A stretch of DNA of 64,000 nucleotides from an uncultured bacterium. GTDB lineage: Bacteria; Patescibacteriota; Saccharimonadia; Saccharimonadales; Saccharimonadaceae. The first letter of the stretch is position 1. Each line of letters begins with the position of its first letter. The stretch is taken from contig CAKAEX010000001.1 in NCBI GenBank assembly GCA_916438495.1, positions 467,771 to 531,770 on the forward strand. The letters are read 5' to 3'. The notes beneath the pieces were generated by a model, which did not search any database, was not told the origin of the DNA, and was given only the letters and a program-made list of their open reading frames with translations. Of the stretch, positions 15,978 to 28,477 are shown piece by piece. The position numbers and the translations under genes are program-made.

Positions 15978-17589
15978 TATTTATCAACCGTAAACTTGAT
16001 ATTAATTTTTTTATCATCATTCGGCACAGTATTTACCCAAAAGAATGAGAACTTTACATCAACATTTTTTACACCCTCTTTCGCTTCAATTAAGCTTCGA
16101 ACTTCACCAGATTTTTTACCCTTAATTTTATCTTTCAGATTATCTATATTAATAACTGGGCCAATTTTTACATTTGATGAAATTTCTACACTGTTACCAC
16201 TAAATTTCGAAAATGAGACATCTTTCAAGCCATAATCATAAATTTTTTGATTATTTACATCACCCATTTTATTCTTAGCAAGAGAAGAGATAACTCTTTC
16301 AATACTTCTATTTTCAATTGCCACGATTGAATATAGAGAAGTTACCTTTAATGTAGCCTTACCGTTTGGAGCCTCTTGATTGACGGCAACAGAAGAAGAA
16401 AGCTCACCCTCTTTTACTGAGAAACTATCGTTTAATACAGTATAGTCTGAGCTGAATTTAGATTTTAGGGAACTCTTAATAGAATCCGCATTTTCTGTGT
16501 TGATTTTAGCTTTTGCTGTATTTATGTCATTTTGCGAAACAACTTTCAAAGTTTTTTTCGAACCACCTGAAAGCTGACCGCCACTTGCAGAAACACCTTT
16601 AATTGACGAAACATATTCTTGTGCTGATAGATTACATTGCTCGCCGATAGTCGTCGCCTTAATTTTAACACTCGCTTTTCCATTGGAAATCACACCGCCT
16701 TTAATCTTTGCTCCTGGAATAGTAACAGATGAGGTTGTAATAAAATTACATTGCCCAGCCGAAAATGCAGAGCCTTGCGCCACGGTAACAGGATCACTAT
16801 CACCACTTTGAGAAAGATTTAAAGTTCCTGAAGCTGCCTCACCCTCTTCACGAGTTCCAGTAGCTTCAAAAGTAATTTCATGATTTTTTTCAATAGTTTC
16901 AGTTTTTGAAAGCAACGAATTTTCACTTGTGCTATTAGAAATCGAAGAAACACCTTTTACGTTGGTAGTCGAGGTTTTTGCAGCAATCGTGATATCCGCA
17001 AATGGAGCAAAGAATACTGCCCAAACTATAAATAATAAAAATACAGAAGATGCACCACCGATAATGAGAATTTTTTTTCGAAACTTTGAAAAATCTGGAA
17101 CTTTCGATCCTTTTCTAGATTTATTAGTCTTCTCTTTTTTAAGCTCTGGATTAATCTTGTTAAAATTCTTGTTATCGTCAATATCAATTCCTTCAAGAAT
17201 TTCAGCCTCCTTCTCATCGGAAGTTGGACCGCTAAATTCCGAAATTGGCAAGCTTTCACCATCAATAACATCATCTCCTTCAACTTCTAAAATATCAATT
17301 TCTGGTATCTCTGGCTTACTTTGAAGGGTTTTTCGAAACTGGAATTTTTGCCGCTGCCGACATAGTCTTTAGTGCAGGGTTATTAGTAATGAAAAACAAT
17401 TTTCTTATCATTTTTTTGTGCAGCTCGAGAAAGTAAGCGAATATTTACAGCACTCCTAAAAATACCCAAACTTTTCGGTGGGACAATTGCAATAATTCTT
17501 TCTTTCGAAGATTTTATTTTATTAACAACATCAGTAATATCATCTTCAACATCAACATAGATTACATCTTTTTTAACTTTTTCACTCAT
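15977..17589 (-). CDS. Bitopic membrane protein with baseplate-J-like extracellular region (frameshifted near 17340-17390)
   Basis: N-terminal IYVDVEDDITDVV...SAVNIRLL domain, one TM, ATG...ASGTL, GEQCNL, SGG...KVVSQNDI motifs; family assignment from recall. Confidence 0.6.
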
Positions 17590-17602
17590 ATCTTACCTCT
17601 TT

Positions 17603-18862
17603 TTAAGCTCGTAAAATCCTGTTTAGTTTATCACGAAAACCCTCGCTAGCATTTTCATCAGTACTGTAGGTATCATATCCGACCCGTAAAAGCCCCATTG
17701 CTGTAATAAATGTATGGTCGTTAATTTTTCCAGATTCATCAATAACTCCCGAAACTTCAGAAGGCTTAATATGCTTTACTATAGGCTTTTTATTGAATGG
17801 TAATTCTTGCCACCAATCATCATCCTCCAATCTTTCAACAAGAGAATTCAAGCTTGAGCCACCACCGCATAGCAAAATCTTACTCGGCAAATAATCAACA
17901 TTTTCAAAATCGCTTAAAGCTAGTTCAACACCAGAGATCCAAACATCCAAAGTATTATCAATTGCATCAATTGCTTGCTTTGCAATAGTAGACTTGAGTT
18001 TTTCATTCGAAAGGTTTATCTTTAGTTTTTCAGCGTTCTTATAGGATAATGAGAGTTCGTTCGCAATTTGGTTTGTAAAACTTCGACCACCAATTCCGAA
18101 CATTTTAGTTCCTTCAACACCACCATCATTCACAACAGCAATATCAGTTGTTCCGCCACCAACATCAGCTAAAATTGCAGTAAAATTGCTTGAAGAATCT
18201 GAACCAACAACACTTCTAGCAACCGCAAAAGGTTCAGCTGCTACCGCAATTAAATCAAGCGCAAGTTCATTCGCAACACGCTCAATAGCACCAATATGAA
18301 CAGTTGGCGCAAAAGCTGTATAAATTTGAATTGAAACATCTTTCCCCTGAAAACCAATCGGATTCGAAACCTTATAACCATCGATATGAATCCCAACAAT
18401 CGCTGAATTAACAAGCTTAATTTCAGCTTCTTGATTCCCCGTCTCAAGAGCAATCTCTCTTTGAGCTTTAAGCTGAGCTCTTTCTTGAATTTTATCAATA
18501 ATAAATTCCATTTCAGCTTCATCAAGAGGGCGATTTGGCTGCGGACGACGATATTTAATTGTATTTGTTGCTCCTTTAACCAACTCGCCAGCAATTCCGA
18601 TTACGGCTTTTTTGGCTTGGATTTCCGCTTGGTCTTCCGCCTCAATTAAAGCATTCTCACAATTTTGGACAACACTAGCAATATCGGCAATCGCACCCGA
18701 ATGCATATCCGCCACACTCTGCCGTGCACGCCCAACACCAATAACACGAATTTCATCACCTTCAATTTCAGCTACAAGAGCCTTCACAAATTCAGTTCCA
18801 ATATCAAGGGCAACAATATGGTTGTCGCTTAAATCTTCTTTTTGTTTATTCTTGAATAACAT
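17603..18862 (-). CDS. FtsA-like actin-fold ATPase
   Basis: VALDIGTEFVK, AEPFAVA, ADVGGGTTD, GIGGRSFT, LCGGGSSL. Confidence 0.85.
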   Translation of the reverse strand: MLFKNKQKEDLSDNHIVALDIGTEFVKALVAEIEGDEIRVIGVGRARQSVADMHSGAIADIASVVQNCENALIEAEDQAEIQAKKAVIGIAGELVKGATNTIKYRRPQPNRPLDEAEMEFIIDKIQERAQLKAQREIALETGNQEAEIKLVNSAIVGIHIDGYKVSNPIGFQGKDVSIQIYTAFAPTVHIGAIERVANELALDLIAVAAEPFAVARSVVGSDSSSNFTAILADVGGGTTDIAVVNDGGVEGTKMFGIGGRSFTNQIANELSLSYKNAEKLKINLSNEKLKSTIAKQAIDAIDNTLDVWISGVELALSDFENVDYLPSKILLCGGGSSLNSLVERLEDDDWWQELPFNKKPIVKHIKPSEVSGVIDESGKINDHTFITAMGLLRVGYDTYSTDENASEGFRDKLNRILRA

Positions 18863-18943
18863 ACTAACACTATTATAAACCGTTTAAGGTTTTTTTGCAA
18901 ATTTTCGAGAGAAAAATCAGCCCCTCGACTGATTAATCTATTT

Positions 18944-20825
18944 TTATCGTAAAACTGCTTTAATTCTTCGCACGCCAGCACTTGAAGATTGCTCTTTCAC
19001 AATCTTGAATTTCTTGCCACCCTCAGCGAGCTCTCGCGTGTTATTAACATGAGGCCCACCACAAATTTCAACACTAAACGGTTTCACCTTCGGCTTTCAT
19101 TGTATAAACTTTAACGGTCTCGCCGTATTTATCGCCAAATACGCCAATCGCTTTCAACTCATTCAAGGCATAATCTGTTGGATATTCCGCCCAAGAAACC
19201 TCCAGACCTTTCGAAATTTGACTATTAACCGTGTCTTCGATTTGACGCTTTTCATCATCTGTTAATTTCCGATCAAAAGTAAAGTCAAAACGGAGTCTCT
19301 CGGCATTAATATTTGAACCTTTTTGCGCAATTTGTCCCTTGAACATATTATGGAGTGCTGCATTCATTAAGTGTGTAGCCGTATGAAGCTTAAGGTGTTC
19401 AAGAGTTTGCCCTTCAAGCCCACCCTTAAACTTGCCCTTCGAAGCTGTCTGCGAGCGTTCGCGTTGCTCTTTCATTTTAGCATCGAATTCCTCGCGCCAG
19501 TTTTTCGAAAGTGATATTTTACGTCGAACAGCTTCTTCAGTTGAAAGTTCAAGAGGGAAACCAAAAGTATCATAAAGTTGGAACAATTCGGCACCGGTTA
19601 AACCATCTTGAGAAAATTTTTCAAGCTCTCGCAAACCCTTTCGAAGCGTTCGACGGAAAGCTTTCTCTTCTTTCACCATAGCTGCAATAATTTCATCAGA
19701 TTTTAAAGCAACTTCCTTGTAATCTGGTGCATAAATATCAACAACTACTGGCACAATCTGTTCAACAAAATTATCTTCTACGCCCAAATCAAAAGCCTTC
19801 GCCATCGCGCGACGAATAAATTTTCGCATCACATAGCCTTGTTCTTTGTTTGAAGGAATGCATCCATCAACTGTCAAAAATGTTGCACTTCGCAAATGAT
19901 CAGCAATCACTCGCATCGAAACTTTATTTTCATCATATTTTTTACCGCTAATCTCTTCAAGTTTTTCAATAATTGGCTTCATCAAGCTAATTTTAAATAC
20001 GTCTGGATTGTTAATTTTCGCCGCAGCAATTCTTTCTAAGCCGCCACCAAAATCGACGTTTTTCTTTTCGAGTGACTCAAAAGAACCATCTTCCATTCGT
20101 CGATATTGCATAAAAACCTGATTGCCGATTTCCATAAACCGACCGCTATCACTCGCTGGGTGAGCCTCACCAAAACTAGCGTCATGATTTTCTTCACCAA
20201 AGTCATAAAAAACTTCTGAATCTGGTCCACAAGGATCACCAATTGGCGTTGAATCCAAACCACCACCACGACTCCACCAGTTTTCTTTATCGTTATAAAA
20301 GAAAATTCGTCCGCCTTGAAGACCGAGCTTATCACCGTTTTCAGCCGTGTCAAGCTCAACAATTTTTGCATCAATACCTTTTTCAGCAAAAACCTTTCGC
20401 CAAATCTCTGCTGATTCATCATCACGTGGAATATTGTATTTTTCGTTACCAATAAAACAAGAAACGTATATTTTAGAAGGGTCAAGACCTACCACATCCG
20501 TTAAGAATTCAAAAAATTGCCGAATTTGCTGCTCTTTAAAATAATCGCCAAGAGACCAATTTCCAAGCATTTCAAAAAAAGTTGTATGGCGGTTATCACC
20601 AACATCATCAATATCTTGCGCCCGCAAGCAGGTCTGGCTATCTGTTAATCGCACACCCTTTGGATGTTTTTCACCCAAAAGATACGGTAAGAGCGGTTGC
20701 ATTCCACTCCCCGTAAAAAGAGTCGTTGGGTCATCTTTTAAAATTAAAGAAGCGCGTTCGATTACTTCATGGCCATTTTTTTGACAGAATTCTAAATAAG
20801 CTTTTCGGATTTCTTGTGCATTCAT
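18944..20825 (-). CDS. alaS: Alanyl-tRNA synthetase, short form (frameshift near 19075)
   Basis: [34 protein letters not shown]-like, [13 protein letters not shown] and CGGPH editing motifs, ends [10 protein letters not shown]. Confidence 0.95.
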
Positions 20826-21124
20826 ATTCTTTCATTTTACCAAATTTTAGCGTTTTTAGCAAATTGTTGATTTTTGAAATTATTTATATCGGTATATTTA
20901 TATTCGCCATTTTGAATAACGAGTCTATCAACAATCAGACCAATAACCCAAGAAACGAACAAAGAATTGAAAAAAGAATTGAAAAAAATTGGAATAACAA
21001 CTACATATCTACACTTAGTTATTTTTCAAAAAGTCAGTACACACTGGCTTTTTCCTTTTTATAATAAATAAAACCACTCTTCAATTTTTTTGAAAAGTGG
21101 TTTTATATCTTAACTGCAAAAATT

Positions 21125-22436
21125 CTATTGGAATGCCACTAGATATGCTACCAATCCAGCACCAGCACCAAGCATTAGAATTACAATTATAGCTAGTACG
21201 ACACCCCAGCCAGATTTCTTTTTTTATACTTAATAGGCGCAGAATATTCATCGCTCGAAAAGAATCGGTGCTGACATTTTCGCTCGCCGAAGCTCCTTTG
21301 TAATCGTTGCAGATTTTTTTGCTCATAGTTAGAAACTGGCTTTTTTTAAATTCGAAACTTTTAGCCTGATTTTTGATTTGTGCCCAAAGGTCTTTTTTTC
21401 GATTTGCGGATTTTTGCACGAAAGGTGTTTTTGGCTTTTTCAATTTCATCAACAGACTGAATTATCACCTTTTCCGAAGCTTCATTTTGTTTTTGAATTT
21501 TTCTTCAATTCTTTCATCAACCTCGAAAATATCTATTCTTTTTATTATTTTTCTTTAATTTGCTCTGATTGATTTTTTTCAGCCCAGTCTTAACTTCAAT
21601 CTTTGAAGCTTCGGTTTCAGCTTTGTCATCTATATCCTTTTTAGTTTCCTCATAATTATCAAGAGTAATCGTATTGTCACCAGCTTTTAAGCTTGAAATT
21701 TCTGGCATAACTTTTTCTGGCTCATTTTCAAGATTTAGATTTTCAAAATTTGAACTAGAAACTTTTCGCTCTGGAATTTCAACCGTATGTTCGCCATGGA
21801 AAACTCGAAGTTTATTGCTATCATCACCAATCCGATAGACACCAGCATAAAACTCTGCCCGACTTGGCGTGGTAATTTTTTTGCTCCGCAATATTAATTT
21901 CATTTTTTTGAGGCTGAACTTCAGTTTCTTTTCTTGCTTGAGTTTTTTCATTTTTTGAAACAACTTTTTTTCGAATCGGTGAATTTTTCAAGCTTTTTGA
22001 TATTTCGAATTGGTTTTTCACCGCCGTATGTTTCTAAAATTGGGCTTTCGAAAGCAATTTTATCTTCTCTTACCAAAAGTGGAACACCAAAATTGTCGCG
22101 GTGATGTTCTGGTGGAACGGGCGCACTAAAATCATCCAAAATTCGAACTCTTGGTTTTTTTATAAACAGATTTTTTTCTCATTTTTTTGGTTTTTTTCAG
22201 CGACCTTTTCAATATTTCGAATTTGTACTTTTTTCGTTATTTTTGATGCAATTGGTTTGCCGACTGCGGAGCTTTTCGTGCAAAAACCATTTTTTGTTGC
22301 TCACGAGAATACTCAATCTGGCTTTCAATTTTTGAAAAAACCTCATTATTTTTTTCTCTTTTGAATCTGGCACAACACCATTTTCAAGATAGCTTCCAAC
22401 TGCTTTATCTAATTCTTCAAAATCTATATCTCGCAT
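21125..22436 (-). CDS. Hypothetical low-complexity protein with C-terminal TM (heavily frameshifted)
   Basis: MRDIDFEELDKAV N-terminus, chained fragments, C-terminal ILMLGAGAGLVAYLVAFQ. Confidence 0.55.
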
Positions 22437-22446
22437 ATTTTTCCTT

Positions 22447-23216
22447 TTACTTTTTTATTGTTTCAAAAACTTTTTCTGCAATTTTAGCGAATTTTTCAAC
22501 GCTTAAACTTGCTCCGCCAATTAGCAAACCATCTATTCCTTTAATATTTGCATAATCTGTTGCGAATTCTGGCTGAACACTTCCACCATAAACTACTTGA
22601 ATATTCTCAGCAGTTTTTGCGCCATAAAGTTGTTTTATTTGATTTCGAATAACTTTTACCGCTTTTCGAATATCATCAGGGTTAGCATTCACGCCAGTTC
22701 CGATCGCCCAAACCGGTTCATACGCAATAATCACTTTTGTAATATCTTCACTCGATACATTTGCAAGCCCGCCAATTAGCTGATCATTAAGAACTAAATC
22801 AGTTTCATTATGGTTTCGCTCATCAGATGTTTCACCAATACATAAAATTGGTCGAATATCGTTTCGAATTGCTGCAGCTACTTTTGCACGAATATCTTTA
22901 TCTGTTTCGTGAAAAATATTTCGCCTTTCAGAATGGCCAACTAACGCATATTGGACAATTCCGCGAAGCTGTGAAATTGCTATTTCGCCAGTAAAAGCTC
23001 CGTGGTCTCGCCAGTAAAAATTCTGTGCCGCTAGCTTAAACTGCCTATGATTAACCTGCAAACTTAAAGATTGCAAAGTAAAAGTTGATGGCGCAAGAAT
23101 AATTTCCATTCCACGATGAGCTTGAATTTTATCACTCAATTTATGCAAAAAAATACTCGATTCTTGCATATTCAAGTTCATTTTTCCAGTTGGCGATAAC
23201 AAGTTTTTTTATCCAT
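22447..23216 (-). CDS. tpiA: Triosephosphate isomerase
   Basis: IANWKMN (after 1-nt correction), GAFTGE, GHSERR, AYEPVWAIGTG, YGGSV, GLLIGGASL. Confidence 0.96.
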
Positions 23217-23232
23217 AATACTTTTATTTTTA

Positions 23233-24580
23233 TCATTTTATTTTTATTTTTTTGTAAATTCTTATGCTTTTATTTTCTAGAACTTCAAATCCTGGTAAAA
23301 TTTCGCCACTCATCAATTCAAGAGCTGCACCACCACCGGTTGAAATTAATGAAAAATCCGCATTTTCCGCATTTTGACTCGACCAATCTAAAACGAAAGC
23401 TGAAGTGTCGCCACCGCCAACTATTGATTTTGCACCATTTTTTGTAGCTTTTGAAATTGCAGAACAAGTTCGAGAAGAGCCTTTTTGCAAAATTCTCAAA
23501 TTCAGCATAACCAATTGTCCCATTCCAAACTATCATTTTTGCATTTAAAATTTCATTTTCAATTCGTTGAATCGATTTTTCTCCTAAATCAAGGATGATC
23601 TCGTTCTCTAAAACCGTCGTAACAGGTTTTTCAATTCTCTCAGCATCTTTCGAAAACTCACTCGCCACAGCAACATCTTCTGGCAAAATTATGAAACTCC
23701 GCAAACTATTAAACCCAACTTTTCGCTCCGCAAGTTTAAAAATCTGTTCAATAATCTCATTTTGACCATCTTCAATTCGGCTTTTTCCAACTTTAACATT
23801 TAAATATTTTAAAAAAGTATTAGCCATAGCTCCAGCTACGATAATTTTATCAGCTCGCTCAATAAATTTCTCAATTAATGGTAGTTTATCAGATATTTTC
23901 GCACCACCCATTACCGCCACAAATGGTCTTTCAGGGTTCTTAAAAGCTTGCAAGATTGTCGAGTATTCTTTTTTAAGTAACAAACCAGCTACGCTTGGCA
24001 TTTTTTTGGCAATTTCACTAGTTGAGGTATGCTCACGATGAATAACACCAAAACCATCTTGGACGAATAAGTCTGCGCCAGTAACCTGCACTAACGCTTC
24101 CGCAAATTCTGGTAAATTATTTTTTTCAGCCTTTGAAAAACGCAAATTCTCTAACATTTCGATCTTATAGTCATCGTCTGCATCTTTCATTGAAACCGAG
24201 TATCGTGTTCGCGGAAAGATTGGAGTAGTGTGAAAATTCATAGGAAAATTTAAGTCTTCAGCTTGTAGAAGCTCGCGCAAATTATTAAAAACTGGTCGCA
24301 AAGAATATTTTCGAGTTCCATTAGGTAAATGTTCAAGTTCATCCAAATCGGCAATTCCTTCAACCGATTTTGGTCGCCCCATATGCGAAATAATAATTAT
24401 TTTTTTAGCCCCTCGTTCAATCAGATTTTTTATTGTTGGCAAACTTGACCGAATTCGATAATTATTCAAAATCTTCGCCGAGCCGTCTTCTGAGTATTCA
24501 ATAGGTACATTATAATCTGCACGAAGTAAAATTACTTTCCCTTGCACATCAACGTCATTTATAGTTTTTTTGTTAAACAT
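23233..24580 (-). CDS. pgk: Phosphoglycerate kinase (frameshift near 23485)
   Basis: RADYNVP, SHMGRP, LENLRF, GGAKISDK, IVWNG, GGGDT, ISTGGGAALE. Confidence 0.95.
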
Positions 24581-24959
24581 TTTTATTCCTTTTTTTATTT
24601 TTGAAAATATTTTTACACAATTTTAACATAAACTCATTAATTATTCAACTATTTTTATTTCATAGGCTATATATTTTTATATTACCAAAAAAATAGCAAA
24701 ACTCCGCTCCAGTCATATCTAATTCTATAAAAATATGTTACACCAATTTAATAATAAACTATTGACATATAAATAATTTTTGTGATATAATGATAACATA
24801 ATCATCCAAAAAAATAAAAAAAGTATCAAAATAAAAAAATGATTATAGAAAAGGAAACATTTTTGTTTAAAAGTTATTCGAGTAAACCAATCTGAAGAAT
24901 CTTATTCAGTGAACGTTCGAACAAGTCGCGAAAAATAATTAAGACTTTTAAAAATCTAA

Positions 24960-24990
24960 AAAATCGCCCGCTGTCCTTGGGGCGATTTTT
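24960..24990. terminator. Likely bidirectional intrinsic terminator
   Basis: AAAATCGCCC-loop-GGGCGATTTT. Confidence 0.7.
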
Positions 24991-25017
24991 AAATGTTTTT
25001 ATTAAATCGTCAAGTCT

Positions 25018-26846
25018 TTACTTTACAGCTTTTGCCATACGTTTACGCTCAATCGAATCTAAATATCGTTTTCGAAGTCGCAAATTCTGTGGTGTAACTT
25101 CAAGCAATTCATCGTCTTCAATAAAATCAATACATTGCTCAAGGCTTAAATTAGTATACGGGGTTAGTTGAACCGCACCATCAGAAGATTTTGAGCGCAT
25201 ATTTGTGAGGTGTTTTTCTTTCACAACATTAATTTCAAGGTCTTCTTGGCGATTATTTAAGCCAACAATCATTCCAGCATAAACTTCAGTTCCTGGGCCA
25301 ATAAATAATTCACCACGGCTTTCTGCACTTTGGAGCGCGTATGGTGTTGAAGTTCCCTTTTCGAAAGCAATTAAAACTCCATTTCGGCTAGAAGGGATTT
25401 TTGCTCCCATTTCTTGATAACCATATGGCAAGCTATTCATAATAATCGTGCCTTTTGTGGCAGTCAGCATTAGATTTCGAAGACCAATCATTGCACGAGT
25501 CGTAATAATATAAGTTAAGCGAGTAGCTCCTGTTGGCAGGCTCTCTTGCGCGCGCATTTCCGCTCGGCGGGTTCCCATTTCTTGACTCACCGCACCAACA
25601 AATTCAGGTGCAACTTCAATAATTAGTTCTTCAACTGGCTCTTTTTCGATACCGTCTTCCTGAATTGTAACCACTTGCGGGCGGCCAACTTCAAACTCAA
25701 AGCCCTCACGGCGCAGGGTTTCAATCAAAACAGAAAGGTGAAGTTCACCACGGCCTGAAATAATGAAGCCAATTCCACTTTCTTCAACTTGCAGTGAAAC
25801 ATTTGTTTCGAGCTCTTTCTTTAGTCGATCGCCAATTTGACGTGAAGTTGTGAACTCACCTTCACGACCTTTCATTGGGCTAGTGTTTGGGCCAAGATAC
25901 ATCGAAAGTGTTGGTTTTTCAACCTCAATTGTCGGCAAAGCTTCAGGATTATTTGCATCAGCCAAAGTTTCACCAATCTCAGCTTCAGAGACACCTGTAA
26001 TTGCCACGATGTCTCCAGCAAAGGCTTCTTGAATCTCCTCACGGTTCAAACCACGGTATGCAAAGAGTTTATCAATTTTAGCCTTTTTAACTGTGCCATC
26101 TCTCTTAATTAACGCAATTTGTTCGCCAGATTTTACTTTTCCGCGAGAAATTCGCCCAATCGCATATTTTCCCAAGAAATTATCATAAGTTAAAGAAGTC
26201 ACGAGTAACTGAAAATCACCTTCAAGTTCAACTTTTGGTGCAGGAATTTCATCAATAATCGCATCAAAAATCGGCTCAAAATTTGCATCTGCTTCAGGAT
26301 TTTCTGGTACTTCAGGCCATGCTTTACCATCGCGACCGATTGCATAATAGGTTGGGTATAATAATTGATCGTCGTTTGTAGCGAGCTCCAAAAATAAATC
26401 AGATACTTCATCATTCACTTCTGTAATTCGACGAGCTGGTTTATCGATTTTATTCACCACCACAATTGGTTTTAAGCCAAGTTCAAGTGCTTTCGAAAGA
26501 ACGAATTTAGTTTGGGGCATTGGCCCTTCTTGAGCGTCCACAACCAAGATAACGCCATCAGCCATATTTAGTGTGCGTTCAACCTCACCGGAAAAATCTG
26601 CGTGTCCTGGCGTATCAATAATATTAATTTTATAATCCCCATAATAAATTGAGGTTTGTTTTGCGGTAATAGTAATTCCGCGTTCCGATTCTTGATCGCC
26701 CGAATCCATCAAAAGTGTTTGGCTCATTTCAGCCTGATTTTCACGGAATGTATTACTTTGCTTTAAAAGTCCGTCCACTAAAGTGGTTTTTTCCATGGTC
26801 AACGTGAGCAATAATCGCTACATTTCGAATATTTTTCTGATTTCAT
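25018..26846 (-). CDS. typA: Translational GTPase TypA/BipA
   Basis: [13 protein letters not shown] (with indel), [37 protein letters not shown]. Confidence 0.96.
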
Positions 26847-26933
26847 ATTTTCTTTCTCTTAAAAAAATTATTATAAAACTTTAAATATTCTACCATTTTT
26901 CGCTAAAAAAATCAACTAAACTATTTGGAGAAA

Positions 26934-27375
26934 TTACGCCACCAAAGAATTTTTATTTGTAACATTAAATAACAAATGAACTCGCCGATTATAATTCAGA
27001 ATTATCAAATGCGTGTGCTGATGCTTAACAGTTTTTCGAACGTTTTGCGCTGCACGAGCATAAATTGAAAAACCCTGAGCTTCATATTTTGACAAAAATT
27101 TCAAAATATTCTTCCTTTTCTGCTGGTGAAAAAAATTACTAATTGTATCCGTAAATTTCTTTTGGAATTAGAAGTAAATGTTTCTCAACTTCGAACCCAT
27201 CCCAAATCTGATACGGAAACAAGTTTTCAACCAGTACAAAATGTTTAAAACTCTCTACAACCAAGTTATCGTGCATCGCTCTGTCGTAAAAATTATAGTC
27301 TTCGCCCTCATATTTTTTATTTTTTACGTATTTTTCATATTTTTTGCCAACCCCATTAGGTTTTCTTGAGTCCAT
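26934..27375 (-). CDS. HIT-family protein (frameshifted)
   Basis: ENLFPY, HLLLIPK, and in the downstream frame KHQHTHLII (HxHxH). Confidence 0.75.
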
Positions 27376-27508
27376 TATTTTTTTATTTCACCTTTCGATT
27401 TTTACATATTTATCTATATAATCTTAACATAACTTTAATATTTTTTTCAAAAAAATGAAAAAAAGTTGTTGACTTTACGAAAAAAGTCTGCTAAAATGGT
27501 AATCGTTC

Positions 27509-27585
27509 GGGTGATTAGCTCAGTTGGCTAGAGCATCTCGTTTACACCGAGAGGGTCTGGGGTTCGAGTCCCTAATCACCCACCA
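27509..27585 (+). tRNA. tRNA-Val(TAC)
   Basis: GGGTGATTAGCTCAG...TTTACAC...GGTTCGAGTCC...ACCA; upstream TTGACT/TAAAAT promoter and downstream hairpin. Confidence 0.96.
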
Positions 27586-27739
27586 ATTGAAATTATATCG
27601 AAAAGCTTCAATTCTGGAGCTTTTTTCTTTTTTTCGAAAGCTTTACTCATTGACTTTTTAAGCTTTTTATGTTATTATATAAATATTCTAGTACCTTTCA
27701 TGCACTGGAAAATTCATAAGAAAGTGAGGGGTTGAAAAA

Positions 27740-28216
27740 ATGATCAACCTTCTTGTAAATTGCATACTTTTCGTTCTGCATCTTCTAAACTTCTTATCAT
27801 TTGGAGTTCTAGACAATATTGCAGTCGTTTATTCAATTCTAGTTATCGCAAATTTTATAGTTTTTGTTAAACTTGATGCAACAATTGAGATTTGTGATAT
27901 CTGGAAAAAGGCAGGTATTATCCCTAAAGGACTAATACTGACCGGATTGGTTCTTAACGCCCTACCCCAATGGTATCTTTGGCTAATTGGGCTATGCTTT
28001 ATTGCTTTAGCGTATTTTTTAACGCCGCTAAAAACCAACAAATCCGGAAAACCTTCACTATTTTCGAAAATTAAAGCTGTTGTGGTGGAAGAATATCAAG
28101 AAAGTAACTTCAAAGCAACAACTTCAAGTGTAATCCAAAAAACGAAAAATACAGTGCAAAAGAGTTCAAAAAACAGGACAGACACAAAACCTGCAAAAGA
28201 ACTCCCTCCAATATAA
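27740..28216 (+). CDS. Hypothetical membrane protein
   Basis: 158 aa, hydrophobic N-terminal half, GAGGGG RBS, TTGACT-17-TATTAT promoter at 27650. Confidence 0.7.
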   Translation: MINLLVNCILFVLHLLNFLSFGVLDNIAVVYSILVIANFIVFVKLDATIEICDIWKKAGIIPKGLILTGLVLNALPQWYLWLIGLCFIALAYFLTPLKTNKSGKPSLFSKIKAVVVEEYQESNFKATTSSVIQKTKNTVQKSSKNRTDTKPAKELPPI

Positions 28217-28221
28217 CACAT

Positions 28222-28250
28222 AATCACCTTTTCGAAGGTGATTTTTCTTT
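28222..28250 (+). terminator. Intrinsic terminator
   Basis: AATCACCTT-TTCG-AAGGTGATT then T run. Confidence 0.8.
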
Positions 28251-28305
28251 ATTTTTTCGAAAAAAATAAAGCGCTTGCGTTTATTTAATATATATTATAT
28301 GCCTA

Positions 28306-28334
28306 TTGACTTTTTAATATTTTTGTGCTATAAT
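28306..28334 (+). promoter_or_regulatory. Sigma70-type promoter
   Basis: TTGACT-17 nt-TATAAT with TGn extension. Confidence 0.8.
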
Positions 28335-28372
28335 TCTAGCAGTTGACATATCATAATCAGCGGATCTGTCAA

Positions 28373-28408
28373 TGAAGCTTAAAAATCGGGTTATTATGAG
28401 GTATGAAT
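28373..28408. repeat. Left arm of imperfect inverted repeat (partner 29982-30016)
   Basis: Exact 15-nt core AAAATCGGGTTATTA (28382-28396) is the reverse complement of 29994-30008. Confidence 0.85.
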
Positions 28409-28477
28409 CGTGTACCTCAGTGTTCTTATTATTTTGGCCAAAATAATAAAATCTAATGAAAGGATGGTGAAATAAGA

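Noticed and set aside
15977..17589. Prophage or contractile injection system from the baseplate-J-like gene
   Set aside because: It is a single gene with a TM helix inside a housekeeping operon, with no sheath, tube or other tail genes.
20850..21110. Possible small membrane ORF and 12-bp tandem AAGAATTGAAAA
   Set aside because: The region is too garbled to define a start or stop, and the repeat is low-complexity.
24621..24648. dif-like site (TTATGTTAAA on the minus strand)
   Set aside because: Only the XerD-like half matches, there is no XerC arm, and gene orientation bias does not switch here.
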